Shown here one piece after another: positions 10,552-20,192 of a DNA stretch of 64,000 nt; the stretch's first letter is position 1, and the number at the start of each line of letters is the position of its first letter. Source of the DNA: Bacillota bacterium (GTDB lineage Bacteria > Bacillota > Dethiobacteria > DTU022); assembly GCA_012799185.1 (NCBI GenBank), contig JAAZLS010000074.1, positions 781 through 64,780 on the forward strand. The letters are read 5' to 3'. The position numbers were made by a program, and so were the translations under genes. Below the pieces are notes generated by a model. It had not been told where the DNA came from. It was given only the letters and a program-made list of their open reading frames with translations, and searched no databases.

Positions 10552-10700
10552 CCGCCATCGCTATTAATTATAGCAGAGCAAAGGCCGGTGAGCAAGATGC
10601 TAATTCCACAAGATAGTGTCAAAAGAAGCACCGGGGACGTACCTTTTTGCTTCTACCCCTAAAGAAGTCCCCCGTGTCTTGAAACATCCCCGTTTATTCC

Positions 10701-11315
10701 TTAATTTAGGGCTTTTAATAAGATTGTATAGGCTGCTGCCATTGCTCGCTCCATGTTAACTGCAGGGTTAAAATACCTTTCTCCAAAATATTGGGAGAAC
10801 CCCAGTATTGCTCCGGTTATGACCATATCCCGGTAGTACGGATCCCTCCCATCCCGGATCGCTCCCTCTCTAACCCCGCACTTGGCCAAATGATCGTATA
10901 TTTCATGGATTTTTGAAAGATGGGCCAACAGCTCGCCCCTGTACTCGGAAAGATACCCGTAAAATTCCTGGGTGGCTCCCACGGATAACAGAATCCTAAA
11001 AATCGAAATATTACTATCCACCTGTTCTGCAATTACATGCAGTATCTCGTGAAATTTGTTTTTAAATTTGGATTGATCTTTAACCCGTGTAAATGTGTGC
11101 TCTAGGCCAATTTTTATATAGTATAAGATGGCCCGGGATATAGCCTCTTCCTTGGATGAGAAATAATCATATAAGGTACCTTTACCGATATCCGCTTCAC
11201 TGGCTATATCTGAAACCTTGATCGTGTAAGGGTTTAATCCCTTCTCCATAAGAGCAATTACCCCATCGTAGACAGCCTTCCTCTTTTGCGGGTACCAGCT
11301 ATCCTCCAAGATCAT
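10701..11315 (-). CDS. TetR/AcrR family transcriptional regulator, translationally coupled (ATGA overlap) to the upstream RND pump gene
   Basis: 204 aa with an N-terminal HTH (AVYDGVIALMEKGLNPYTIKVSDIASEADIGKGTLYDYF) and a helical C-terminal ligand domain. Confidence 0.85.
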   Translation of the reverse strand: MILEDSWYPQKRKAVYDGVIALMEKGLNPYTIKVSDIASEADIGKGTLYDYFSSKEEAISRAILYYIKIGLEHTFTRVKDQSKFKNKFHEILHVIAEQVDSNISIFRILLSVGATQEFYGYLSEYRGELLAHLSKIHEIYDHLAKCGVREGAIRDGRDPYYRDMVITGAILGFSQYFGERYFNPAVNMERAMAAAYTILLKALN

Positions 11316-14300
11316 TCACCCCTTTTTTCCAGCATTTTTTCCCCCCGTTCCCTATGGAGAAGATCATAGATTACAGGCACCACCAGGAGTGTCAAGCCTG
11401 TAGCATAAATTAAACCACCAATAGAGACTATGGCCAGGGGCTGCAACATCTCGGCACCCGTACCTACTCCCAAGGAAAGAGTAGAGAGTCCCAAGATCGT
11501 AGTGATGGCTGTCATCAGGATCGGCCTGAGGCGGGTTTCTCCGGCCCGAACCAGGGCCTCCCTTACATCAAGCCCGCCCTCCCTCAGTTGATTGGTAAAA
11601 TCAACAAATACTATGCCATTATTTACAACCACCCCGCTTAAAACCAGGAATCCTAGCATCGAGATCAAGCTTATCTCATATCCGGTTAAAAATAACGCGA
11701 TCAACCCGCCTGTAAACGCCAGGGGTATGGTAAACATGACTATGAAGGGTGATAGGAGCGATTGGAATTGGGCAACCATGATCAGATAGATCAGGGCTAT
11801 AGCCAGTATAAGCATGTAAACAAGATCCATTAAAGAGGTATTGATAAGCCTGTTCTCTCCCCCGGTTTCAATTCTGTACCCCTCCGGAAGGTGATAATCT
11901 TTGATCTTATCCTGAAATTCCCGGCTGACAAGACCGATATTATAACCGGTTTCAATATCCGCCGTGACCGCTATATAACGCTCAAGGGAATCATGGTTGA
12001 TCGCAGCCAAGCCCCTCCCCTCATTGATTTGAAAGAGATCGCCCAGGGCTACTTCTTTCTTTTGGCCATCCTTGTCCACTGTCATTGTAAGCCCCCTGAG
12101 GTCATCTTTCCCGATCTTTTGCCCCGCCTCATCAAGCACTATAACCGGGTAATCCTTATCGGGGGTGGATAAAATAGTAGCCGTTTTCCCCTTCGATATA
12201 GCGGCGCTCACATTTGAATAAACCTGGGCCACGGTCAGCCCGTTCTCCATGGCCTTCTCCTTATCCACCACAATCCGGAGTTCCGCCATGCTCTCATCGA
12301 TCCCATCCGAAACCGCGGTGGTCCCCCCTACCCCTTCCAAGATACTGGCAATATCTGCAGATATTTCTTGCAGGGTATCCAGCTCCCTACCTTTGATCAA
12401 AACCTCGATCCCCGAGCCAGCCAGGGAAGAGATATCCATATTGGATGAGCTAACAGAAACCTCGCAGTTCAGATCATCGGTTAGCTCCAATATTTGCTCC
12501 TCCACCCAGCTGTTTTTTACCTTCTTCTCCTCATCAAGTAAAAGATAGAAGTTCATATAACCGTTACTTGAACCCCCACTAAGGCCGCCGCCGATAATAC
12601 TATCACCGGAACCACCCATTCCTCCACCCTGGAAGGCACCTATCGCTTTAATCCCTTCCAGCCCCATTAGACGATCGGTAACAGTATCAGAGATGGCAAC
12701 CAGGTCACCGGAATCCTCCCCATCGGGAAGTTCTATAAACAGAGACATCTGGGGCGCCTCCATCTCCGGTATGAAAGCTGTCCCCATGGATAACCCAAGA
12801 AATAGACTTAGGCCCATCATGACCGTCACCGCTAGAATAATCGCTGCCCGGTGTCCCAGGGCCCACCTTAGTGCTCGAACATATATTTTTGCTAAACGGT
12901 CAAAGGTCTTATTCCGTTTTGCTCCTACCTTTTGGAGCGTCCCGGAGGCCATAGCCGGCACCAGCGTCAGGGCCACCAGGAGGCTGGCCAGGAGAGCATA
13001 GGCAATCGTTAACCCCATATCTACAAATAGCTGCCGGGAGATACCTTTTACAAAAACTATAGGTAAAAAGACACAGACCGTAGTCAGAGTGGAAGAGATT
13101 ATAGCTCCCGAGATCTCCTTTGCCCCCTCAATGGAGGCCGCTACGGCAGACTTACCCTCGTTTCTTAAGCGATAGATATTTTCTATAACAACTATGGAAT
13201 TGTCTACAAGCATACCCACACCTAAAGCTAACCCCGCTAGCGAAATAATATTTATAGCGACGCCGGTAAAGTACATCATGGCGATGGCGAAGATCAGGCT
13301 AATCGGTATAGATACCGCTATGATGAGGGTCGGTTTTATGTTCTTAAGGAACAGCAGGAGAATCAGTACCGCCAATATGCCGCCGTAGATAACATTATTA
13401 AGCACAGAATCGACCACCAGGTCAATATAAACGCCCTGGTCCATCAGGGGGGTTATCGTAAGATCGTCATACTGCCCCGAGATATCCTCAAATTTTTCCC
13501 TAAGGCTACCGGCAACCGCAGCGGTTGAAAACCCACTCTGTTTCTGGAAAGTCAGCATGACCGCGTTATTCCCGTTTACCTTGGCATAGGTCTCTCCGGA
13601 GTTATCAACCTTGCTGATTCTCGCTACATCCTTTAGATAAATCTTCCCGATGTTTTCCTCACCGGTATCGAAGAGCACCATTTCCCCCAGGTCTTCAATA
13701 CACCTGAACTTATCCCCCACCTTAACCAGGTAATCGCCACCCGATTCGGTTATGGTGCCGGCAGGCATGGAAAAATTCTGTGCCCCCAGAATACCAGAAA
13801 TCATGGCCGGGGTAATCGTCCCATCTAGGGATGCTTTTTTTAGGGCCTCCTTCTTAGCTGATTCAAACTCACCCTGTTTCCCCTTAAGCTCTTTTTCCCC
13901 GCTTTCAAGTTGAGCTCTTGCTTTATCCATCTCCTGCGCAAGAATAAACTTGGCAGTCCTAATCTCCTGTTCTTTCCCGTCGAGGCTACCTTTTTGGGAT
14001 AGAATCAACTGCCTGTTTTTAGCCAGTTCAGCCCGCTGCTTAGCTAATTCATCCAGACCCTTATTAATTTCTTCTCGTCCGGAGGCCAAAGTCTCCAGGC
14101 CGCTTTCCAAGCCTTGCGACAGTAAAGCCAGGCACTGCGCTGCCTCCACCTTGCTTATTCCCTCACCGCTGTTCAATTTCCTCTCTATTTCAGCTAATTG
14201 AGGGGGCAGAACATCCTTCATTTCCCGCGGAACCTGGTTCAGGATCCCGGCCATGGTGGATTTTAGCTCATCCCCATCCATCCGGGGTAAAGCTACCAGG

Positions 14301-15193
14301 GTATCTCTTATCCCTTTCCGTAAAGCTTGTAGATTTTTCTCCCGGTCGTTTAACTCATCAAGCTTTGCCTGCAGCTCCTCCTGGACTTCATCTAGCCGCT
14401 GCTCACCGGTAGATATTTGAGCCAGGCCATCCTCCATCTCTTCCCTAGCAGCCCTTAAAGCCTCTTCCCCTTCAGCGAGCCTGGCCTCCTGTTTATTTTT
14501 TTCGGACTCCAGTTCCTTTCTTCCCTCTTCGATCTCTTTCTGCCCTGCGGCCAGCTTTTCTCCGACTGCAGAGAGACCGGAGGCCACCTTATCCAGGACC
14601 CTTTTGTTTATCCCCTCAATCTTTTGGTCGTCCAGTAGAACCTGAACCTTTTCTTCGATTAACCCGGCACCGGATACCGAGGCCACTCCTTCGACACTCT
14701 CCAATTCAGGAACTATTTTTTGTTTAACTAATTGGGAGATAGCCAAGAGATCCATATCCTCAACATCAACCGAGGCTACCATTATCGGAAGCATATCGGG
14801 GTTCAGGCGCATGAGCAGGGGGGCGCCTACGGTCTCGTTCCAGGTAGGCTTGATTAGATCTAGCATCCCGTTTATCTCGATGATAGCCGAATCCATATTA
14901 ACATCATGATTAAATTCCAAGATCACCATGGAGGAGTTTTCCCTGGAGATAGAACTTATGTTTTTTATATTGGCGGTGGTAGCCACCACCTGCTCGATAG
15001 GTTTTGTGACCACCATCTCGACCTCTTCCGGGCTCGCCCCGGGGTAGCTGGTCATAATTAAAAGGTAGGGCAGATCGATATCGGGCAGCAGATCGGTCTT
15101 TAAATTTAAAAAAGATATTGCCCCCAATATAAGTACAATTATAACTACTACAAATACCGTATAAGGCCGTTTTACACTGAACCTGGATAACAT
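11312..15193 (-). CDS. RND (HAE1/AcrB-like) efflux transporter with an internal ~280-aa coiled-coil insertion in the docking domain
   Basis: 1293 aa. AcrB-like TM1 plus a PN1 region, then a long E/K/L/A/Q heptad-rich segment (about residues 190-470), then resumption of the canonical RND sequence (DVARI...NG..AV...KQSGFSTAAVAGSL..., LVDNSIVVIENIYR). A normal second loop and TM8-12 follow (LVLSGVVVNNGIVFVDF). Confidence 0.85.
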   Translation of the reverse strand: MLSRFSVKRPYTVFVVVIIVLILGAISFLNLKTDLLPDIDLPYLLIMTSYPGASPEEVEMVVTKPIEQVVATTANIKNISSISRENSSMVILEFNHDVNMDSAIIEINGMLDLIKPTWNETVGAPLLMRLNPDMLPIMVASVDVEDMDLLAISQLVKQKIVPELESVEGVASVSGAGLIEEKVQVLLDDQKIEGINKRVLDKVASGLSAVGEKLAAGQKEIEEGRKELESEKNKQEARLAEGEEALRAAREEMEDGLAQISTGEQRLDEVQEELQAKLDELNDREKNLQALRKGIRDTLVALPRMDGDELKSTMAGILNQVPREMKDVLPPQLAEIERKLNSGEGISKVEAAQCLALLSQGLESGLETLASGREEINKGLDELAKQRAELAKNRQLILSQKGSLDGKEQEIRTAKFILAQEMDKARAQLESGEKELKGKQGEFESAKKEALKKASLDGTITPAMISGILGAQNFSMPAGTITESGGDYLVKVGDKFRCIEDLGEMVLFDTGEENIGKIYLKDVARISKVDNSGETYAKVNGNNAVMLTFQKQSGFSTAAVAGSLREKFEDISGQYDDLTITPLMDQGVYIDLVVDSVLNNVIYGGILAVLILLLFLKNIKPTLIIAVSIPISLIFAIAMMYFTGVAINIISLAGLALGVGMLVDNSIVVIENIYRLRNEGKSAVAASIEGAKEISGAIISSTLTTVCVFLPIVFVKGISRQLFVDMGLTIAYALLASLLVALTLVPAMASGTLQKVGAKRNKTFDRLAKIYVRALRWALGHRAAIILAVTVMMGLSLFLGLSMGTAFIPEMEAPQMSLFIELPDGEDSGDLVAISDTVTDRLMGLEGIKAIGAFQGGGMGGSGDSIIGGGLSGGSSNGYMNFYLLLDEEKKVKNSWVEEQILELTDDLNCEVSVSSSNMDISSLAGSGIEVLIKGRELDTLQEISADIASILEGVGGTTAVSDGIDESMAELRIVVDKEKAMENGLTVAQVYSNVSAAISKGKTATILSTPDKDYPVIVLDEAGQKIGKDDLRGLTMTVDKDGQKKEVALGDLFQINEGRGLAAINHDSLERYIAVTADIETGYNIGLVSREFQDKIKDYHLPEGYRIETGGENRLINTSLMDLVYMLILAIALIYLIMVAQFQSLLSPFIVMFTIPLAFTGGLIALFLTGYEISLISMLGFLVLSGVVVNNGIVFVDFTNQLREGGLDVREALVRAGETRLRPILMTAITTILGLSTLSLGVGTGAEMLQPLAIVSIGGLIYATGLTLLVVPVIYDLLHRERGEKMLEKRGE

Positions 15194-15277
15194 TTAAGTC
15201 CCCCGTTTTCTTCCTTATTCTCTAATGCTTTTATCTTGAACTTTCCCCCTGATTCCCCAGGACACCCAACATTTACC

Positions 15278-15330
15278 GACCGACCAGTCGGTCACTCATT
15301 GATCATAGGTGACCGGGGTGTGAATGTCAA
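15278..15330 (-). promoter_or_regulatory. Sigma-A-type promoter (TTGACA-17-TATGAT) with overlapping palindromic operators, candidate TetR sites, upstream of the RND gene
   Basis: Minus-strand reading gives TTGACA(15330-15325)-17 nt-TATGAT(15307-15302). Palindrome GACCGAC-CA-GTCGGTC lies at 15278-15293. Inverted repeat CGGTCAC/GTGACCG (15289-15295 / 15309-15315) flanks a central TGATCA. Confidence 0.45.
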
Positions 15331-15403
15331 ACCTTAAAGGGTAAGGTTCTTTGCCCGGTGGGTTACAGCCGAGGAAGTAATTTGGAGGGTGTTGGCATTT
15401 CAC

Positions 15404-16165
15404 TTACATATCGGGTGTGGGAATAATAACCGTTACACCATTAACCTTATGAACCATTACGGGGATTCCATAAATTGATTCGATGTTCTCGGGGGTCATG
15501 ATTTCAACCCCCCCGTAGGCAAAAATGGTGTTATTATCTAGAAATATAAACCGGTCACAATAACGTAAGGCCAGGTTTAAATCATGAATAATAATGATAA
15601 CAGAGATCCTCTCTGTCCGGGCGATCTCCCGTATAATGGCCAACACTTCATGTTGGTTGCCAAGATCCAGATTGCTGGTAGGTTCATCTAGGAGCAACAC
15701 ATCGGGCTGTTGGGCCAATGCCCGAGCGAGGATAACTTTTTGCATCTCCCCTCCGGAGAGCTCATCGATATAACGCAGGGCAAAACTACCAAGCCTCATT
15801 CGCTGGATTACCGACTCTACAATTTGATAATCTTCCCGGTTAGGTTCAAATGTAATGTAGGGCTTCCGCCCCAACAAAATGGAATCATAGACGGTTAACC
15901 GGTCCCTAACATTACGCTGGGCTACGTAAGCCATATGTTTTGCAATATCATTTTGATTAAGGTTATAAATATTTTGCCCGTTAACATAGACAATCCCCTG
16001 CTGGGGTTTCAAAATGCGATTGAGACACTTAATTAAGGTACTTTTACCTGCTCCATTATTCCCTAAAATAGCCGTACATTGCCCCCTGGCCGCGCAGAAT
16101 TCGATGTTTTTTAAAATTGGCTGGCTCCGCTGATAGGAGAATGCAAGTTTTTGAACATTAATCAT
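15404..16165 (-). CDS. ABC transporter ATP-binding protein (iron-siderophore/cobalamin FecE/FhuC type)
   Basis: Walker A GNNGAGKST, signature LSGGEMQK and Walker B LLLDEPTSNLD. Confidence 0.85.
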   Translation of the reverse strand: MINVQKLAFSYQRSQPILKNIEFCAARGQCTAILGNNGAGKSTLIKCLNRILKPQQGIVYVNGQNIYNLNQNDIAKHMAYVAQRNVRDRLTVYDSILLGRKPYITFEPNREDYQIVESVIQRMRLGSFALRYIDELSGGEMQKVILARALAQQPDVLLLDEPTSNLDLGNQHEVLAIIREIARTERISVIIIIHDLNLALRYCDRFIFLDNNTIFAYGGVEIMTPENIESIYGIPVMVHKVNGVTVIIPTPDM

Positions 16166-17214
16166 CTTCTACCCACCCCCTTATATACCAGGTAAATAAA
16201 CATCGGAGCACCAAGGAAAGAGGTTATGGCTCCAATCGGAAGTATAATTGGGGCCAAGACGAGGCGGGCCGCTATATCGCTGGCCAATAATAAGAGAGAG
16301 CCGACCAATGCCGTCACCGGTAACAGATAACGGTAGTCGTTCCCAACTAGCGGCCGCACAATGTGGGGTGCAATTAGCCCGATAAAGTTAATGATACCGA
16401 TAAAAGAGACAATTATTGATGCAATTAAAGAGGAGATAAACATCGATAAAATAAGCAAGCGGGTTACATTTACACCTAACCCTTTTGCCGTCTCCTCCCC
16501 ACTTAGTAACGCATTGAAATTCCAACGGTTTAAAATAAAATAAATCAACGCTAACAGGGTTGCCACCGCCATGATGGTCACTTCATTCCACCCGGCCCGC
16601 CCTAAATCACCAAACGTCCAAAACACAACAGCGGCAACCTTCACATCTTCAGCGAAATATTGTAGTAGCGTGGTCGCCCCGGCAAATAGGGCGCCCAAGG
16701 CTACACCGGATAGCACCATGGATTCCGGGGTCACCTTCTTAATGTGCGACAATCCCAATATGATGAAGGTAGATAAAAGAGCACCCATAAAGGCACAGAT
16801 GGAAACCACGTAAGGGTTGGAGAAAGATACACTTTCCAGGGTTTGATACTGCGTCCCGGCACCTAAAACAATAATTGCAAATGAAGCACCAAATGCCGCC
16901 CCCTGGGAGATCCCCAATGTGGTCGCCGATGCCAGGGGGTTATGAAGAATGCACTGCATAACACAGCCTGCACTGGCCAGGCCAATCCCGGCTACAATTG
17001 CAACGATGACCCGGGGTAAACGATAGTTAAAAATTATGACTGACGCTTGCCCACTGCCATAACCTAAAAAGGTCGCTAGCACCTCTTTCAGGGGTAGACC
17101 CGCCGAACCGGCGCTGACCGCCACCAAGGCGGCCAGCACCACAATTAGTAACACGAAAAGAATCAAAACCTTTTTATGGCGGATATACCCCTGATATGTT
17201 ACTATGTTCCTCAC
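16162..17214 (-). CDS. ABC transporter permease, FecCD family
   Basis: 350 aa polytopic with FecCD-like length and composition; overlaps the ATPase gene start. Confidence 0.85.
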   Translation of the reverse strand: MRNIVTYQGYIRHKKVLILFVLLIVVLAALVAVSAGSAGLPLKEVLATFLGYGSGQASVIIFNYRLPRVIVAIVAGIGLASAGCVMQCILHNPLASATTLGISQGAAFGASFAIIVLGAGTQYQTLESVSFSNPYVVSICAFMGALLSTFIILGLSHIKKVTPESMVLSGVALGALFAGATTLLQYFAEDVKVAAVVFWTFGDLGRAGWNEVTIMAVATLLALIYFILNRWNFNALLSGEETAKGLGVNVTRLLILSMFISSLIASIIVSFIGIINFIGLIAPHIVRPLVGNDYRYLLPVTALVGSLLLLASDIAARLVLAPIILPIGAITSFLGAPMFIYLVYKGVGRR

Positions 17215-17220
17215 TCAATC

Positions 17221-18315
17221 TCATTCCCCGATAGTCATTTTTTCAAACCTGTAACCATCAGCAGCTAGCTGCTCATAAAAAGGTTGGCCCAACATTACAG
17301 TAAAGATTTCATCAGCTTTTTTAATAATATCTACATCGGCAAACTGTTCGGGATAGATTACCTTACCCGCATAATAGGCATCGGCAATCGCCAGTTCCAT
17401 ATTAGTCCAATTGCAGGTATAAGGTATCTGGGAATATAGCTCCCCATTTCTTACCGCCTTCAGGTTATCATAAAATGCACTATTTTTAGCATAATCCTCA
17501 TTAACAAGATGCATGTTAGCAGGATTGAGAAAGATGATATCCGGATCCCACATGGTAATCTTCTCCATATCAACAAGGAACGCCACCGATTTGGGGTTGC
17601 TAATTTCATCAACGACGTTTTTAGCATGGATAGCGGTGAAAGGCGGGTACAATGCATGGGTGCCGTCAATGCCATGGGCCCCACTAAAGCTAACCGCACC
17701 AGTGTAGACGGTAGGCTTCCCTTCATCCGGTATATCCTTTGTGCGGGCATCCAGATCCGCCTGGCATTCTTTTATATAATCAATCACCCGGGAGCAATGT
17801 TCCTCAACACCCATAATTTCTCCAATCAACTCTAGTGCCGAATAAAAGGTCTCGTCAAACATTCCCTCGGGATAGATGCCGACAGTTGGAATCCCGGTCT
17901 TATCCGCAACATTTTGGGCGGTACTCTCATCCGTCTGTGCAAAAATAACATCTGGGGCGACCCTAATTAACTCTTCAATAAAGGGGGTTTCGTTGGGCCC
18001 CCCATTTGAAACAGAGGCGATGCCAGCAAAATGTTCCGCATTGATAACGGTAAAGGGCATTTTTGAAACATTATCCTTGTTCATTTCCGTAACGCCGACC
18101 AATTTATCCGCACAGCCAGCATAGGTAAGAATACGGGCTGCCCCACCGATGGCGGCAATGGTTTCAACCTCCCCGGGGATCTCCACCTGCCTGCCGAAGG
18201 CATCGGTAACTAAGCGACCCTCCTGCACCGACAGAGGCGTTGATACATAGGATACGCAACCGCTAAAAATAAGGGCAGTTACCAAAACAGCTCCCAGAAG
18301 TGTTTTCTTAAACAT
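17221..18315 (-). CDS. Periplasmic-binding-protein (class III, FecB/BtuF-like) lipoprotein for the iron-complex/B12-type ABC importer
   Basis: Signal peptide with lipobox LIFSGC; 364 aa SBP; RBS AAAGGAG upstream. Confidence 0.8.
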   Translation of the reverse strand: MFKKTLLGAVLVTALIFSGCVSYVSTPLSVQEGRLVTDAFGRQVEIPGEVETIAAIGGAARILTYAGCADKLVGVTEMNKDNVSKMPFTVINAEHFAGIASVSNGGPNETPFIEELIRVAPDVIFAQTDESTAQNVADKTGIPTVGIYPEGMFDETFYSALELIGEIMGVEEHCSRVIDYIKECQADLDARTKDIPDEGKPTVYTGAVSFSGAHGIDGTHALYPPFTAIHAKNVVDEISNPKSVAFLVDMEKITMWDPDIIFLNPANMHLVNEDYAKNSAFYDNLKAVRNGELYSQIPYTCNWTNMELAIADAYYAGKVIYPEQFADVDIIKKADEIFTVMLGQPFYEQLAADGYRFEKMTIGE

Positions 18316-18468
18316 TTTTTAGGAATCACTCCTTTTACTAAATAATAAAAAGAAACTATCAAGGGAGGTTTTCAAACTTCCCATATAGTTTCTTACTATA
18401 ACCTTTATCAGTATCAAGTTGTTATTAAATCTAATAGTTACAGGGTTACAGGCATTCTGCCTGCATTT

Positions 18469-18487
18469 AAATGTTTTATAAACATTT
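18469..18487. promoter_or_regulatory. Perfect 19-bp palindrome AAATGTTT-TAT-AAACATTT in the 340-bp leader of the iron/B12-type ABC operon; candidate metalloregulator operator
   Basis: 8-3-8 inverted repeat read directly from the sequence, about 155 nt upstream of the SBP start codon. Confidence 0.3.
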
Positions 18488-18653
18488 AATCTTTTGATTA
18501 GTATACCACCGACCAACCTTTGGGTCAAGGAAAATCCTACCGGTGGTTAAGGCGCATCGAGCATGGCGGAGAGATACTCGCCGGAGACAGAGCTGTAGAA
18601 GAAACTGTTGATAAGCGCCCGCCTACCGCTCTACCCACGTTTGCCTAAAAGTC

Positions 18654-20192
18654 TTACTGCGTTTTATCCGCTGGCCTGACCTCCAGATAATAATGGGGAA
18701 TACTGGGATCCAAGAGAACCTCATCAATCCCATTTTCCAGATCAAAGCCATGGTTCTGGCGGACGATCACGGTCTGCTCTGTGTTGCAAACCGCGGCAGT
18801 CACTACCGTAAATTCCAGGTTGCTCCCCAGGCGGGTGACCAAATCATAACCGTGTATACCCTTATTCTCAGCGCCGTTGCAATGGAAATCGTAGCTCGGC
18901 TCTTTGTGCAGGGAGGCCGTTACCGAAGCGCTCTCTCCGGCAGGGATGGTTACCGGGAATTCCAGGTAAAAGATCCGGTCCAGGTTTCTGGTTTCTGAAA
19001 TAATATCTTCGACCATTCCCATCTCATAGCGATCACGAACAGAGCCGGAAAGCGGGCCATACTCCAGCATAAATCCGGACATCATCCCGAGAAACATCTC
19101 TTTGGGCACGGCAAGCTCTTCCCCATCGCCGTATTTTGAGAAGAAATTATCCACCAGATCACCGAGGATGGCAGACAAAAGCCCCTCGCTTCGGGTGATG
19201 GTTGCCGATACGCCGGCAAGCTCATTGCTTTTTTCGCAGGCGCCATTTTTATAGCCTTGCAAGGCGTACTCCCCGATGTCCTCACCAATGACAATGATAT
19301 ATTTTTCTTCGCTTTCTCTGCGGCTTCCGCCAGGCACGAAGTAGCTGAAGCGCCGCCAGCCCTCCTCGCCATATTCACAACCGTTAAAGCCGTAGAGCAA
19401 AATAGTGGTTTTTTCAGGATCGATATTAAAGCTGATGGCCTGGGTTGCAGCGTCGAACTCCTCAAGGGGCGCCTTGAAATCAGTAAAGCTGTAGACCGTC
19501 ACCGGTTGGGATAGGGTGGGATAAGCCGCCAAAGCACCTGCCTGGTAGCTCCCGTTCTCCAGAAGTGCTTTGTATTCTTCCCAGGAGTCAAGTTGTAAAA
19601 TGTTTGCGCTGCCCTCCGGGTCATCGACGCCGTAGGCCCCGGTAAAACCGCCCGAATATCCGCCCGGATGGAGCGCCGGGGAAACCGCCTGACCATTCAC
19701 CGTGATCACAGGCATCTGCCTTGCCAGCTTCCTAAAGCTTCCGACAAAGGGGTAAAGAGCACTTACCGTGCACTCCTGTCCCGAAATATTGGTGAGGAGA
19801 TGGCTGTCTTGCACCTTTGCCCCCCATAGAAGAAGTGAATCCTCGCTGGCCAGGGAGAAATCGTAGCTGATATGGCGGCCGGCGCTGATTCCGCTTTCTG
19901 CCTCAGCCAGCGTCAGGGGGAACATGGGCCCCGCGTAGGACATGAATACGGAGCTGCCCTCGGGATGGCCGGCTCCGCCGCCCCCTCCGGAGCCACCGCC
20001 AAAGGGAAAAAGATCCTGCCAAAACATCATGCTGCCAAAACCTACCACCAGGATGATACCGGCGGCTAGGGCAGCCCAAGTCTTCCATCTGGGACGGGAA
20101 GTATTCAACTTTCTATCCTGGGCATCTTCCACAAGAGCGGTGCGAATCCCGGTGATCGCGTTAAATAGTTTTATTTCGCTCTCCTGACTCAT
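18654..20192 (-). CDS. Hypothetical membrane-anchored protein (cytoplasmic N-tail, single TM, Gly-rich linker GGGSGGGGGAG, large extracytoplasmic domain)
   Basis: 512 aa. The TM segment is WAALAAGIILVVGFGSMMFW. No recognisable catalytic motifs. Its ATG overlaps the stop of the small upstream ORF (ATGA). Confidence 0.6.
   Translation of the reverse strand: MSQESEIKLFNAITGIRTALVEDAQDRKLNTSRPRWKTWAALAAGIILVVGFGSMMFWQDLFPFGGGSGGGGGAGHPEGSSVFMSYAGPMFPLTLAEAESGISAGRHISYDFSLASEDSLLLWGAKVQDSHLLTNISGQECTVSALYPFVGSFRKLARQMPVITVNGQAVSPALHPGGYSGGFTGAYGVDDPEGSANILQLDSWEEYKALLENGSYQAGALAAYPTLSQPVTVYSFTDFKAPLEEFDAATQAISFNIDPEKTTILLYGFNGCEYGEEGWRRFSYFVPGGSRRESEEKYIIVIGEDIGEYALQGYKNGACEKSNELAGVSATITRSEGLLSAILGDLVDNFFSKYGDGEELAVPKEMFLGMMSGFMLEYGPLSGSVRDRYEMGMVEDIISETRNLDRIFYLEFPVTIPAGESASVTASLHKEPSYDFHCNGAENKGIHGYDLVTRLGSNLEFTVVTAAVCNTEQTVIVRQNHGFDLENGIDEVLLDPSIPHYYLEVRPADKTQ

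Noticed and set aside
18316-18653. Possible cobalamin riboswitch upstream of the BtuF/FecB-like ABC importer (long leader, AAAATCC-containing segment)
   Set aside because: No B12-box (GCCACTG) or GGTGAAAATCC/GGGAA core could be found on the coding (minus) strand. The AAAATCC match is on the wrong strand. Left as an unassigned leader.
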